This document shows positions 18,717 to 29,944 of a stretch of 64,000 nt of DNA, one piece after another. The notes beneath the pieces are model-generated. The model was not told the DNA's origin and searched no databases. It saw nothing but the letters and a program-made list of their open reading frames with translations. The stretch's first letter is position 1, and every line of letters begins with the position of its first letter. Where the stretch lies: the NCBI GenBank assembly GCA_965223865.1, contig OZ245020.1:1760001-1824000 (forward strand). The letters run 5' to 3'. The position numbers and the translations under genes are program-made. The stretch is from Nitrosarchaeum sp. (GTDB lineage Archaea; Thermoproteota; Nitrososphaeria; Nitrososphaerales; Nitrosopumilaceae).

Positions 18717-20089
18717 TGAAAATGACAGAGATCAGCGAACTTCGCAATAGAATGGAAGAGATTACAATTGACATGTTAAAATTGTTAAAAAAAAGGACAG
18801 ATATTGCAAAAGAGATAGGTAAGGTGAAAGAAAACATTGGAAAGGGAGTAACTGATGAATCAAGAGAGAGGAATCTCAGAATCAAAGTCATCAGAATATG
18901 TAAAGAACTTAATTTTGATGAATCGATTGCCACAAAATTTTTAAATTTTTTATTAAATGAATCAATAAAAGTTCAATCAACAAATAAACAAACACATCTC
19001 TCAATTTTTCTTAAAGCAAAATCACTTGAACAAGAAGGAAAAAATATCATCCATATGGAAGTGGGTGAACCAGACTTTTTACCACCAAAAATAGTCAAAG
19101 ATGCACTGGAAGAAGTATTTGACAAAGGATTTTTAAAATATGGTCAAGCTAAAGGGATGCCTACCTTTAGAGATGCGTTGGCAAAGTATGTTTCAAAAAA
19201 ATTCGCAGTTGATGTTTTAGATGAAAACATAATAGTTAGCCCTGGAGCAAGATTTTCAATATTTACAGCAATTACAACACTTCTAAATCCAGGAGATGAA
19301 ATGATCGTAATAGAACCTTCATGGCCTGCTTACAAAGACTGTGCATTAAATTCAGGAATCAAAGTAAGAACCATAAATACAACTTTGGAGAATAAATGGG
19401 AGCCATCTATTGAACAAATTCAAAATATGATTAATTCAAATTCAAAAATGATAGTTCTAAACTATCCAAATAATCCAACTGGGAAAATTCTTCCAGAAAA
19501 ACTTCAAGATCAAATTGTAGAATTGGCAAGAAAAAATAGCCTTTACATTTTAAGTGATGAAATCTATTCAGAGTATGCATTTGATAATTGGAAAAGCATT
19601 CTTTCATACAATTATGAGAAGAGCATAGTTACTCAATCTTTTTCAAAATCACACGCTATGACAGGATTTAGGGTAGGGTACGCTATTTCCAGTCCAAAAA
19701 TAATAGAAAAAATGGCAAAATTGGAAGCACTTTGCTTAACAAATGTTTCTGAGCCTACACAATATATTGCAATGAGGGCTTTGGAGGCAGATACCACAAA
19801 CAATTCCAAAAAAATAAAAACCAGACTAGAATTACTGGCTCATGAAAGTAAAAAAATAGACTTAGAATTTGTTATTCCGGATGGTGCCATGTATATTTTT
19901 GCAAAGATAAATCAAGAGGGGTTTGACGGCGTAAAATTTGCAAATGAACTACTAGAGAAAGGACTTGCTGTTGCACCAGGAGAAGGATTTGGAGATTATA
20001 GGAATTTTATCAGAATTTCTGCATGCCAAGACGAAAAGACACTAAAAGAAGGAATGAATATACTTAGCAGTGTAATGAGGAAGAAATAA
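18716..20089 (+). CDS. Chorismate mutase (AroQ) - class I/II aminotransferase fusion
   Basis: N-terminal ELR.......KR....K..G..K......D..RE AroQ pattern, then NYPNNPTG, SDEIY and SFSKSHAMTGFRVG. Confidence 0.88.
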   Translation: MKMTEISELRNRMEEITIDMLKLLKKRTDIAKEIGKVKENIGKGVTDESRERNLRIKVIRICKELNFDESIATKFLNFLLNESIKVQSTNKQTHLSIFLKAKSLEQEGKNIIHMEVGEPDFLPPKIVKDALEEVFDKGFLKYGQAKGMPTFRDALAKYVSKKFAVDVLDENIIVSPGARFSIFTAITTLLNPGDEMIVIEPSWPAYKDCALNSGIKVRTINTTLENKWEPSIEQIQNMINSNSKMIVLNYPNNPTGKILPEKLQDQIVELARKNSLYILSDEIYSEYAFDNWKSILSYNYEKSIVTQSFSKSHAMTGFRVGYAISSPKIIEKMAKLEALCLTNVSEPTQYIAMRALEADTTNNSKKIKTRLELLAHESKKIDLEFVIPDGAMYIFAKINQEGFDGVKFANELLEKGLAVAPGEGFGDYRNFIRISACQDEKTLKEGMNILSSVMRKK

Positions 20090-20943
20090 TGAAAAAGAAA
20101 GTAACAATTATCGGTGCAGGTGGTCAAATGGGTCAATGGTTTGCAAAATATTTTTTAGCCAATGATTATGAGGTAACAGGCTATGATGCGGAAAATAAGA
20201 TTTCTAATAAAAATATCATTAAAGCTGATTCACTTGTAGGTTCAATTCTAAATGCAGATTATGTTGTTTTATGTACTCCTACTAGGAGAACACCAGAAAT
20301 TATCAGATTGATAGCAAAAGAGATGAAACGAGGAACATTTCTGATAGAAATTTCCTCTGAAAAATCTAAAGTGGTGTCATCATTATCAAAAATGCCTGCA
20401 AAAATTAATCCAATATGCATTCATCCTATGTTTGGTCCAGGAGTAAAAACCCTCAAAGGACAAAATATCATTTCAGTTCCAGTCAAAGATGCTAAAAAAG
20501 AATTAACTGTAGCCAAATCTCTTTTTGCAGGTGCAAATTTTGTTACGATAGATGCAATCGAGCACGACAAAAAGATTGCAGTCATTTTAGGACTAACTCA
20601 TTTGATGAACCTCGTTTTTGCAAATATAATTTCAAAAGACGACAAAATTTCTTTAACAGAAAAAATGTCAGGGACTACTTTTAGGATTCAAAAAACATTG
20701 GCAGAGAGCATTATGACTGAATCACCAGAATTAATTGAAACAATTATAGCAAATCCTGAAATCAGAAGAGTGGCAGAAGAGTTATGGAAAGACATAGGAA
20801 GGTTGCTTACAGCAGTTCAAGAATCAAAGACAGAAGAAGTGATCAATTATGTAAAGTCTTGCCAAGAAAGATTATCTGAGAATACAGATTTGAGAGAATC
20901 CTACAAGAAATTGGCAAAGATGGCAAAAACTGTCGAAAAATAA
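20089..20943 (+). CDS. tyrA: Prephenate/arogenate dehydrogenase
   Basis: IIGAGGQMG, HPMFGP and EHD....ILGLTH. Confidence 0.9.
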   Translation: MKKKVTIIGAGGQMGQWFAKYFLANDYEVTGYDAENKISNKNIIKADSLVGSILNADYVVLCTPTRRTPEIIRLIAKEMKRGTFLIEISSEKSKVVSSLSKMPAKINPICIHPMFGPGVKTLKGQNIISVPVKDAKKELTVAKSLFAGANFVTIDAIEHDKKIAVILGLTHLMNLVFANIISKDDKISLTEKMSGTTFRIQKTLAESIMTESPELIETIIANPEIRRVAEELWKDIGRLLTAVQESKTEEVINYVKSCQERLSENTDLRESYKKLAKMAKTVEK

Positions 20944-20948
20944 CTGCA

Positions 20949-21353
20949 ATGCGCTCAACTAAGATAGTTACTTCATTTATCAAAGATAATGAAAAATTAT
21001 TACTTCTAAAAAGAAGTGATAAAGTAAAATCTATGAAAGGCTTGTGGGCAGGCATTAGTGGAATTATTGAAAAAAACGAAGATCCATTAACTAGAGCAAA
21101 GACAGAGATTTTCGAAGAAGTAGGTATTTCAGAAGACAAAATCAAACTAATTAAAGCAGCTCAAGAGATGAGAATAAGTTCTCCTCAATACGAAAATCAC
21201 GAATGGATGATTTTTCCATTTTTATTTGAATCAAAAGAACCTAAAATAAAATTGAATTGGGAAAATTCAGAATATACATGGATAAATTCAAATGAATTAA
21301 CAAATTTCAAAACAGTTCCTAGTCTTGAAAAAGTTCTATTCAATCTTTTGTAG
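20949..21353 (+). CDS. NUDIX hydrolase
   Basis: Variant Nudix box GIIEKNEDPLTRAKTEIFEEVG. Confidence 0.85.
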   Translation: MRSTKIVTSFIKDNEKLLLLKRSDKVKSMKGLWAGISGIIEKNEDPLTRAKTEIFEEVGISEDKIKLIKAAQEMRISSPQYENHEWMIFPFLFESKEPKIKLNWENSEYTWINSNELTNFKTVPSLEKVLFNLL

Positions 21354-22664
21354 ATTCTCGGTTTCTTTAACATATTTTTTCTGTTGTGGCAACATCATAT
21401 AGACACAAGCACCACCACACATAGTACAAGGAACATTGTTTCCCGGATGTTGACCTGTTCTACTATGAATTCTTGCAGCCTCTTCTGGATCAATTGAGAG
21501 AGCAAGTTGTTTTTCCCAATCCAAAGTACGACGGGCCTCAGTCATTTCCATATCCCATTTTATTGCTTTTTCACGAATCTTCACAAGATCACCTGCGTGT
21601 GCAGCAATTCTGTAGGCAATCAATCCAGCCTTTACTTCTTCAGGATTAGGTAATGCAAGATGTTCAGAAGGAGTAAGATAACATAAAAGATCGACTCCTT
21701 CAGATGCCGAAACTGCAGCACCAATAGCACTTGCGATATGATCATGACCAGACGCGATGTCAGTAACAAGTGGACCTAAAACATAGTATGGAACATCGCC
21801 AATTAGAGATTTTGCCAATCTTACATTTGCTGCAATTTCGTTAAGAGGAACATGCCCAGGACCTTCTACCATTACTTGAATGTCTTGCTCATGTGCTCGT
21901 TTTGTCAATCTAGCCACATTAATCATTTCTTGAATCTGTAATTCATCATGAGAATCCAAAATGGAGCCGGGTCTAAGAGCATCACCTAAACTAAACGTTA
22001 CATCATATTTTTTAGCCATCTCCATAAGATAATCATAATGAGTAAGATATGGATTTTCTTTATCATGTTTTAACATCCAAGCAGCAGTGATTGTCCCTCC
22101 CTTACTAACGACTCCTCCATACCTTTGTACTTTCAAAATTTGTTTTGCAATTTCTTTTGTAATTCCACAGTGAATAGTGGTATAATCAACTCCATCTTTT
22201 ACATTATTTTCAAATGCATTAAGATAATCATCTTCAGTTAAATTCAATGGATTTTTGTGAACTTCAACACCATAGTTGTAGGCTTCATAAATTGGAACAG
22301 TTCCAAAAGTAATTGGTGCAACATCTAAAAGAGTTTGGCGTATTTTTCTAACATCACCACCATCACTCAAATCCATCATAGTATCTGCATGATATTTTAC
22401 TGCAACTTTTGCTTTTTCAATTTCTTCTTCAAGATTTACATTTAGAGTAGAAGTTCCAATGTTAACATTGACTTTTGTCTTAAGCCCTTTACCTATTCCA
22501 ACATTGTGAATATTTTGAGGTCTTACATTATTACTTGGAATTATAATAGAACCTTTAGCAATTTTGGATACTAACCAGTCAAGCGTAACATCCTCATCTT
22601 TGGCGACTTGTTTCATTTCATCAGTAGCTACACCCCTCCGAGCTGAATTCATTTGAGTACTCAT
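21336..22664 (-). CDS. thiC: Phosphomethylpyrimidine synthase
   Basis: KVNVNIGTS, SLGDALRPG, EGPGH and C-terminal CTMCG..C. Confidence 0.96.
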   Translation of the reverse strand: MSTQMNSARRGVATDEMKQVAKDEDVTLDWLVSKIAKGSIIIPSNNVRPQNIHNVGIGKGLKTKVNVNIGTSTLNVNLEEEIEKAKVAVKYHADTMMDLSDGGDVRKIRQTLLDVAPITFGTVPIYEAYNYGVEVHKNPLNLTEDDYLNAFENNVKDGVDYTTIHCGITKEIAKQILKVQRYGGVVSKGGTITAAWMLKHDKENPYLTHYDYLMEMAKKYDVTFSLGDALRPGSILDSHDELQIQEMINVARLTKRAHEQDIQVMVEGPGHVPLNEIAANVRLAKSLIGDVPYYVLGPLVTDIASGHDHIASAIGAAVSASEGVDLLCYLTPSEHLALPNPEEVKAGLIAYRIAAHAGDLVKIREKAIKWDMEMTEARRTLDWEKQLALSIDPEEAARIHSRTGQHPGNNVPCTMCGGACVYMMLPQQKKYVKETENLQKIE

Positions 22665-23238
22665 TATGATAAAATATGTCCTTACCTGATTTAAACAATC
22701 GCGAATGTAGAAAGATGATCGCTAAAATAATCAGTAACATGAAAAGAAGAGGAGATCTTATGCCAAGAAGAACTTCTAAAGATCTAATGAGAACAATAAG
22801 ATAAGGCATTCATTGTTGTTGTGAATTCCAAAGTATGAAAGATGAATTCTGTTCCGCCTAATGTTTCAAACAAGAATCATCATAACTTATCAAGATTTCT
22901 CAGATTTAGAGGGATTAGATAATTTGTATTTCCAATCTAATCTTAATGACCTTATTCAAAAAAAGCACACAATATGCTTAGAATAAAGAGTTTACAAAAA
23001 TTTTTTTACACTTGAAACATTTCTAAACAAAATTTTTTTTAATGGATATTGTGTCGAGAGTAAACACACTGTACAAACTAATTTCTTCGGAGGATTCTTT
23101 ATCAAAGACATTTTTTATCATTCAGCAAGGAAAAAAAATTGTTTACGAATTAAAAATTTAGAACTAGGATTTTTTTCTAATAAAAATTCTTCAGAGTATA
23201 GAAAAATAAATTAGGATTGATTCTTGTGAAAGAATATA

Positions 23239-24537
23239 ATGAATTTACTATCCATTGGAGGTTCAGATCCAACCGGTGGAGCCGGAATTCAAAGCGATAT
23301 TAAAACTTTTGAAGAATTAAAAGTACATGGGTTATCTGTCATTACAGCAATTACTGCTCAGAATACATCTAGAGTAAGTTTAACTCAACCAGTATCACAA
23401 AAAATATTGAAAGAACAACTAAATGTAATTTTTTCAGATTTTAAAATTGAAGGCATAAAAATTTCTATGGTATATAATTCATCAACAATCAAAACGATTT
23501 ATCGCGAATTAAAGGATAAAAAAATCCCAATAGTAATTGATCCAGTAATAAAATCTACTACAGGAGGAATGCTTTTAAAAAAAGAAGCAATAAAGGATTT
23601 TAAAAAATTCTTAATTCCATTGGCTACAGTTATCACTCCCAACAAACATGAAGCTGAAATTTTAACACAAATGAAAATACAATCAAAAAAGAATCTAAAA
23701 GAAGTTGCAGAAAGAATTCGATCATTAGGAGCAAAAAATGTAATTATTACAGGAGTAGAAGAGGGCAGAAAAATGTTAGACTATATTTTTGAAGAAGAAA
23801 AACAATATTTCCATTCAGGTACAAAAATTGTCAGAATTAATCACGGAAGTGGATGTAATTATTCTTCAGTTATGATTTATGAATTGGCTAGTGGAAAATC
23901 AATTAACGAATCAGCAAAAAATGCAAAAAAATATACCTATGATTCTATAAAAAATGCAAAAAAAATAGGAAGAGGTATCGCAATTGTTCAAAGTGAAAAT
24001 CAAGACATCATAGTAAAAAAATTGGATGAAGTCATTTCGAATTTAATATCAATTAAAAATATTTACAAACTAATTCCAGAATGTCAGACAAATTTTGTCT
24101 TTTCAAAAAAATCACCTAAATCAATCAAAGACATATTGGGAATCGAAGGGAGAATTGTCAAGACAGGAAAAAGAATTACTATTGCAGGAAATTTGGAATA
24201 TGGAGGCTCAAAACATGTTGCATCGGCACTTTTTGCAATGAATAAAAAATTTCCAAGTATTTGTTCTGCAATTAATTTAAAATATCAGTCAGAGACTTTA
24301 TTAAAGTTAAAAAGGAAAAACTTCAAGATTTCTAGTTATGATAGAAATAAAGAACCAAAGGGAAATAAAAAGAAAGAAGGAGCATCCATAACATGGGGAA
24401 TAAAATTAGCAATAAAAAATTCAAAGGTTCCACCAGATTTGATTTATCATAAAGGAGATTTTGGTAAAGAACCCATGATCATAATTTTTGGCAGGACACC
24501 ATCAGAGGTCTTGGAAAAGATTTCCAAAATTACATAA
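23239..24537 (+). CDS. thiDN: HMP/HMP-P kinase fused to ThiN thiamine-phosphate synthase
   Basis: GSDPTGGAGIQSD and HGSGC; C-terminal IPECQTN, GGSKH and GKEPM. Confidence 0.9.
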   Translation: MNLLSIGGSDPTGGAGIQSDIKTFEELKVHGLSVITAITAQNTSRVSLTQPVSQKILKEQLNVIFSDFKIEGIKISMVYNSSTIKTIYRELKDKKIPIVIDPVIKSTTGGMLLKKEAIKDFKKFLIPLATVITPNKHEAEILTQMKIQSKKNLKEVAERIRSLGAKNVIITGVEEGRKMLDYIFEEEKQYFHSGTKIVRINHGSGCNYSSVMIYELASGKSINESAKNAKKYTYDSIKNAKKIGRGIAIVQSENQDIIVKKLDEVISNLISIKNIYKLIPECQTNFVFSKKSPKSIKDILGIEGRIVKTGKRITIAGNLEYGGSKHVASALFAMNKKFPSICSAINLKYQSETLLKLKRKNFKISSYDRNKEPKGNKKKEGASITWGIKLAIKNSKVPPDLIYHKGDFGKEPMIIIFGRTPSEVLEKISKIT

Positions 24538-24744
24538 CATAAAAAAATCATATTCAACGAAACAAAAGGATATAGTTTAAATGAATTTAGAAAATAGTAT
24601 TACTTAGATAGGAAAGATAAAAAAAAAGGGAAAAGTAAAAACAAGAGAGGAAAATTATAACAAAGTCCAAAAAATATCAGATAATATTCAGGATAAATAT
24701 AAAAATAAATGTTGAATTTCTAAAAATTAAGTGAGTATTAAAAA

Positions 24745-25182
24745 ATGAGTGAGATAATAATACGAGAATTGGAAAAAGAAGATTTGTGGAATGGTTTTTT
24801 AAAAGCACTAGATTCTCTTCGCGAAGCAAGCAACATTGAAAAAAGCAAAGCAGAAGAAATTTTTAAAAAAATTGATGCAAACGAAGATCACATTGTAGCC
24901 GTTGCTGAATTGGATGGAAGAATCGTAGGCTCAACTACGCTTCTAATAGAATCCAAATTTATCCATAAAGGAGGAATGGTAGGCCACATTGAAGATGTGG
25001 TTGTAGATAACAATTACCAAGGAAAAGGAATAGGAGAAAAAATAGTCAGATTTTTGTTAGAATATGCAAAAAACAGAGGATGTTACAAAACTATTCTTGA
25101 CTGCAATGATGATGTAAAGAAATTTTATGAGAAGATTGGTTTTAAACACAATGCAAATGCTCTAAGATTTGATCATGTCTAA
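24745..25182 (+). CDS. GNAT acetyltransferase (glucosamine-6-phosphate N-acetyltransferase-like)
   Basis: KFIH.GG.VGHIEDVVV...YQGKGIG, CYKTILDC and FYEKIGF. Confidence 0.85.
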   Translation: MSEIIIRELEKEDLWNGFLKALDSLREASNIEKSKAEEIFKKIDANEDHIVAVAELDGRIVGSTTLLIESKFIHKGGMVGHIEDVVVDNNYQGKGIGEKIVRFLLEYAKNRGCYKTILDCNDDVKKFYEKIGFKHNANALRFDHV

Positions 25183-25621
25183 AAATATTCTTTTTTTGGA
25201 CGCTTCTTTTTTGTTTTTAACAAAATCACCCCAACAATAATTACTGGTGCAGAAATTACCATGAAAAGCAATGGAACCAATTTAACTGATTCAGTAATGT
25301 ACTCTTCTGGGATTTGATCTATAAGAGAATAACAAATGGCCATTCCCACTAACATGATAATCCCTCCTCCAATTATCATCAAACCAATAGGTTTTGAACC
25401 ATACCGTCTTGACATTAGAAATGAAAGTGCTGCCAATATAGATGCAGGAGCAACTCCAATTGAGATAAACTGCAAAAGCTTTGGATTAGCTTCAAACTCA
25501 ATTCCAAATTCAAAATCATCAGGAACATTAATCATGAAATAGTAAATTGAGATCATCTCACCAGAAAACATTGCAAATAGACCAATACTAGCTACTGCAA
25601 CCCATTTTTCTAATGCCATAG
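25179..25621 (-). CDS. Four-helix membrane protein
   Basis: Four hydrophobic segments and a basic tail; start probably at or just before MALEKW. Confidence 0.7.
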
Positions 25622-25662
25622 TGTTAAAAAATCCAGTTGATAAATAAACCATTCAGAAAAAG

Positions 25663-26679
25663 TCACATAATACCAACAAGATTGGCTAATTCTTTTCTAC
25701 ATGCAGCACCAAGTTTCTCAGCAGCCTGTTCAGGAGAGAGATCGTTTAGAAATATCCCATAACCACGTTCAAGACCTGACCAAGACTTCGTTATTGGATA
25801 AACTTCAACATGCCAATGAATTTGTCGGCTATTTTTCTTTTCAGGAGATAAATGAAATACTAGATTGTATGAGATATTTTTGATGGTCTTGGATAGCCCC
25901 CCAAGTGTAGCTCTTAAAATTAAAGACAAATCATTGATTTCCTTTTGTGTAATTTTTGAAAAACTTGTGATATGTTTTTTTGGAGAAATCCAAAATTCAT
26001 ATGGATATGAAGGAGCCCATGGACAAAATGCAATAAAACCTTCTGTTTGAAGAACTTGTCTTGGACCACCAATCTCTTCATTTATTGTTTGACACATAGG
26101 ACATACGCCTTTTTCATTGAGTATTTTATGTGATGCCTCTGCTTCTTCATCTATAATTGGCGGAATTGTTGAGAAAGTTAAGATGTTTAAGTGAGGATGA
26201 GGATTCTCGCTCCCTGCAAGGTCACCTTGATTAGCATAAATAGAAACATAGGTTACACCTTTTTGGGAATATAGCCATCTTAGTCTGTCTTGGACCACAA
26301 CTAGAACATTAGACCATTGTTCAGCATCAATTGTTGCAAGAGTATCTTTTTCTTTTGGAGATGCAACAACAATGTAATGATAACCATAAGCAGGTTCGCT
26401 GTAATGGGGTCGATCACTGTAAGAATTTTTAGTATCAACTGACACAATAGGATTCTTGCTTTCAAAAACTCTAATTGACCAACCTTTAACATACTCATCT
26501 TCGCTGTCTTGAAGACGTTGTAGCATTCCATCTTTTGCAACTAGTGAAAGTATAGAGGGATTTGTCATGGATTCATTACCAGGAGCATAAGGAGATTTTT
26601 TTGGATCAACAATTTTGTCATCTTTTTTTGAGACGATCATAAAACGTTCAGAGACATAATCTTTACGCATATCCCCCAT
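25663..26679 (-). CDS. GalT/HIT-family nucleotidyltransferase
   Basis: GSENPHPHL, CPMC and HWHVEVYP. Confidence 0.85.
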   Translation of the reverse strand: MGDMRKDYVSERFMIVSKKDDKIVDPKKSPYAPGNESMTNPSILSLVAKDGMLQRLQDSEDEYVKGWSIRVFESKNPIVSVDTKNSYSDRPHYSEPAYGYHYIVVASPKEKDTLATIDAEQWSNVLVVVQDRLRWLYSQKGVTYVSIYANQGDLAGSENPHPHLNILTFSTIPPIIDEEAEASHKILNEKGVCPMCQTINEEIGGPRQVLQTEGFIAFCPWAPSYPYEFWISPKKHITSFSKITQKEINDLSLILRATLGGLSKTIKNISYNLVFHLSPEKKNSRQIHWHVEVYPITKSWSGLERGYGIFLNDLSPEQAAEKLGAACRKELANLVGIM

Positions 26680-26882
26680 ATTTCATATTGACAGTTAAAG
26701 GATGTAAAAATGTTTACGAAGATACAAAAAAAGGAAAAATTTAAAATAATAAATTATTAATTTAATTAAAACATAAAATAATTATCAAAGTCCAATTGTG
26801 GATTATGTTTGTAACAAGGATCGCCAAATTATGATGAAAGCTTTAAACTAGACAGATAAATGTTCAAAAACAGGTCGCAATA

Positions 26883-28169
26883 ATGGACAATTCTAATACA
26901 CATATGGTTTACGTATTATTAGATGGAGTTGGAGACCTTCCTCATCCTGATTTAAATGGAAAAACCCCACTAGAAGCTGCAAATACTCCAAACCTAGATA
27001 AATTAGCAAAGAACGGAGTTATCGGAGAAGTAATTTCAGTAGGTAAAGGAATTGCTCCAGAATCAGATATTGCAGTTTTTAATATGTTAGGATATAAATT
27101 TCATCATGCAGATTATGCAGGACGCGGAGTTATTGAAGCAATTGGAGTAGGTATTGATTTTAAAGATGGAGACTTGGCATTAAGAGGAAATTATGCAACG
27201 CTTGATGAAAAAGAAGTCATCATTGACAGAAGAGCAGGAAGACATATTGAAAAAGAGGACGCAGTAGGAGTTGCAAAAGAAATTGAAAACCAAGTAGAAT
27301 TTTCTGAACCAAATACATCAGTAGTAGTATCTCCAACAATAGGACATAGAGTAACTGTAAGAATTAGAGTAGATTCAAAGAAATTATCATCAAAAATTAC
27401 CAATACTGACCCAGCATACAGCAACATTGGAGGTATGGGAGTGGCAAAAGCAGTAGGGGATTTCTTAAAAATAGAAAAGTGCCAGCCTCTAGAAGAAAAT
27501 GAAGATGCCAGATTCACCTCAAAACTGGTTAATGAGTTTAATGAACAATCAATTAAAATCATGAAAGAAAGTCAAATCAACAAGAAACGTAAAGAGCAAG
27601 ACAAAAAATTACTAAGTTGTATCCTATTAAGAGATGCAGGAAACAAATATCCAGATGTTATTCCAATAAACGAAAAATACTCTATGAATTTTTCATGTAT
27701 TGTTGATATGCCTGTTGAACTTGGAATTTCTGAAGTTCTCAAAATGAAAGCTTTTGAAGCTGGAGGACTAACAGATTATGAAGAAAAGGCAAGAGTAGCT
27801 GCAGAAGCAATGGATTCTCAAAATGCAATATATGTACACCTTAAAGGACCAGATGAATTTGGTCATGATGGAGATGCAATAGGAAAAATGAAAAATATTG
27901 AAGAAATTGATCAGAGATTTTTTAAAACACTTCTTGAAAATATTGACTCTAGTAAAGTTGCAGTTGTAATTTCAGCAGATCATTCAACACCATGCATCAA
28001 TAAGGGACATAGCGATGATCCAGTTCCAGTTTTAGTTTCAGCAGATTTTATCAAAAATGATGGGACAACAAGAATGACTGAAGAGCAAGCAAAGAAAGGA
28101 AGCATAGGTCTTATTCAAGGCGCAGAAGTTATTGAAACATCTTTGAATTTAATTAAATCTCAAATATAA
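26883..28169 (+). CDS. apgM: 2,3-bisphosphoglycerate-independent phosphoglycerate mutase (archaeal)
   Basis: LDGVGD, TPLEAANTP, HLKGPDEFGHDG and ADHSTP. Confidence 0.93.
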   Translation: MDNSNTHMVYVLLDGVGDLPHPDLNGKTPLEAANTPNLDKLAKNGVIGEVISVGKGIAPESDIAVFNMLGYKFHHADYAGRGVIEAIGVGIDFKDGDLALRGNYATLDEKEVIIDRRAGRHIEKEDAVGVAKEIENQVEFSEPNTSVVVSPTIGHRVTVRIRVDSKKLSSKITNTDPAYSNIGGMGVAKAVGDFLKIEKCQPLEENEDARFTSKLVNEFNEQSIKIMKESQINKKRKEQDKKLLSCILLRDAGNKYPDVIPINEKYSMNFSCIVDMPVELGISEVLKMKAFEAGGLTDYEEKARVAAEAMDSQNAIYVHLKGPDEFGHDGDAIGKMKNIEEIDQRFFKTLLENIDSSKVAVVISADHSTPCINKGHSDDPVPVLVSADFIKNDGTTRMTEEQAKKGSIGLIQGAEVIETSLNLIKSQI

Positions 28170-28713
28170 TTAATGTATTTTTTTCCTGCATTTCTTTAAT
28201 TTTTTCTCGAATTCTATCAACATCTATGGTAGTGTACATTGATGGCGAATCACCAAGTTTTTCTAGTGTCCGCTTGAGCATACCTATTCCAATGCTGTTT
28301 TCATTTTTTTGTGCATGAGCAAATGCTACTGCTAAAAGTATTATGCCTTGGACAAGTTCTTTCTCACGTCCAAAACACTTTTTCCAGACGCCCTCAAATG
28401 CTTCATGACTTTCCCAGAATCGTTCGTTGTTAAAATAAAAAATTCCATCTTTAATCCCCTTCTCTTTAGCAATTTCTTCTTCAAATACATGTCTGGCATT
28501 ATCTAAAGAGCCAATAGGACTAAGTTTTTCGACTAAAAATTTCATTTTATTTTGATCTACTGAAACATCAAATTCCACAAAATCACTTGCAACACGCGCA
28601 ACTCTAATTGATGCTTCCATATCAGAGCACAGATCTCTTGCTTTATGAACAAGTTCTTGGGAATTTTTAGGAAAATATCCCTTATTTTTCAAATGTAGCA
28701 TATAGCGCTCCAT
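28153..28713 (-). CDS. DUF309 domain protein
   Basis: FNNERFWESHEAFEGVW...VQGII. Confidence 0.85.
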   Translation of the reverse strand: MERYMLHLKNKGYFPKNSQELVHKARDLCSDMEASIRVARVASDFVEFDVSVDQNKMKFLVEKLSPIGSLDNARHVFEEEIAKEKGIKDGIFYFNNERFWESHEAFEGVWKKCFGREKELVQGIILLAVAFAHAQKNENSIGIGMLKRTLEKLGDSPSMYTTIDVDRIREKIKEMQEKNTLIIFEI

Positions 28714-28796
28714 GGTTCAAATTGAACGCAATTTCTTAAATTTCTTATCTAATTACAATCAAGGTTTATATGAAATATCCAAAGGATTTTGGATAC

Positions 28797-29180
28797 ATGT
28801 CTATTATTCAGACCATAACTGACGTAAATAACACCTTTCTATCTAGAAGAGAGATAACCTGTAATTTTGCAGGATTAGGCGGAAAACTCCAAAAAGTTGA
28901 AGCAATAGATATGATTTCAAAAGAATTCAAACTTGATGGCAAAGTCGTAATTCCAATGAGATTGCAATGTCATGTAGGAAAACCAGAAGTTACAGGAACA
29001 TTCTATGTTTATGAGGATGAAACTTTAGCAAAAAAACATGTCAATCCAACAATATTTTCAAGATTAGAAAAATCCAAAGCAAAAGTAGTTGAAGCAGAAA
29101 AACCAACAGAAGCTGGAGATATAGAAGTCAAAGCAGAAGAAGCAACACCAGAAACAAAAGAAGAGGGTAAGTCTGAATAA
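28797..29180 (+). CDS. rps24e: Ribosomal protein eS24
   Basis: [10 protein letters not shown]-terminus; directly upstream of eS31. Confidence 0.85.
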   Translation: MSIIQTITDVNNTFLSRREITCNFAGLGGKLQKVEAIDMISKEFKLDGKVVIPMRLQCHVGKPEVTGTFYVYEDETLAKKHVNPTIFSRLEKSKAKVVEAEKPTEAGDIEVKAEEATPETKEEGKSE

Positions 29181-29353
29181 TGGCCGGAAAAAAAGGGTCG
29201 AGTCCTAATGTATACAAGTATTTCAAAGTAGATGGAGACAAGGTCTCAAGAATTAGAAAAATATGTTCAAGATGTGGAAAAGGTGTTTTTATGTCAGAGC
29301 ACAAAGATAGACATACATGCGGCAAATGCGGATTAACAGAGTTTAATCGATAA
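29180..29353 (+). CDS. rps27ae: Ribosomal protein eS31 (S27ae), not in ORF track
   Basis: [57 protein letters not shown] (57 aa); ATG overlaps the eS24 stop. Confidence 0.95.
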   Translation: MAGKKGSSPNVYKYFKVDGDKVSRIRKICSRCGKGVFMSEHKDRHTCGKCGLTEFNR

Positions 29354-29454
29354 TTTTTGGAAAAATTTATCTTTGTTCTACGTATTTTCAGATTAAATTT
29401 TGACAAACAATCAAAAGATAATAATAGTATTAATTCACAGTAAACAAAGTTATC

Positions 29455-29943
29455 ATGAACTATGAAAAACTGTGTAATGAGGTTCTAGATTCAGACTCAA
29501 AAATAAGATTTGCAGGAGTCTTAAATTCACGAGGAGAGTTAACCACGCAAAAAAGTAAATCCAGTTCATCTTTGTTATCTGAGGATGAAGTGAGAATGTC
29601 AATTCACTACACATTTGAACATTGGAATCGAGTTAAAAATCTCGAACATAAACTTGGAAAAGAAAAATCATTTGTAACAGAACATGAGAATGTCACTCTT
29701 TTTAGCTTATTTTTTGATGGAAATCTACTCTTACTAAGTACAGATCCAAACTCTAATTGCTCAAAAATAATTTCAAATGTAAGAAAAATAATAACAAAAA
29801 GTGTAACCGAGAATAAAACAGAACCAAAAATATCTAAAATAAAAACTAGTCCAAAAACAAAACTAACTAAAAAAAATATTTCAGAATTAAAAACTAGGTT
29901 AGAAATGTTAGAAAAACAAATAGATACACTTTCAAAAATGTAA
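29455..29943 (+). CDS. Roadblock/profilin-like thaumarchaeal protein with coiled tail
   Basis: KIRFAGVLN..G and LLS.DE pattern common in Nitrosopumilus. Confidence 0.65.
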   Translation: MNYEKLCNEVLDSDSKIRFAGVLNSRGELTTQKSKSSSSLLSEDEVRMSIHYTFEHWNRVKNLEHKLGKEKSFVTEHENVTLFSLFFDGNLLLLSTDPNSNCSKIISNVRKIITKSVTENKTEPKISKIKTSPKTKLTKKNISELKTRLEMLEKQIDTLSKM

Positions 29944-29944
29944 G

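Noticed and set aside
22621-22809. Hydrophobic 62-aa ORF on minus strand
   Set aside because: Overlaps the thiC start and promoter; explained by the purine-rich plus strand.
22840-22930. TPP riboswitch upstream of thiC (CTGAGA on minus strand)
   Set aside because: No downstream ACCUGAU / AGCG(U)AGG elements or P1-P5 pairing.
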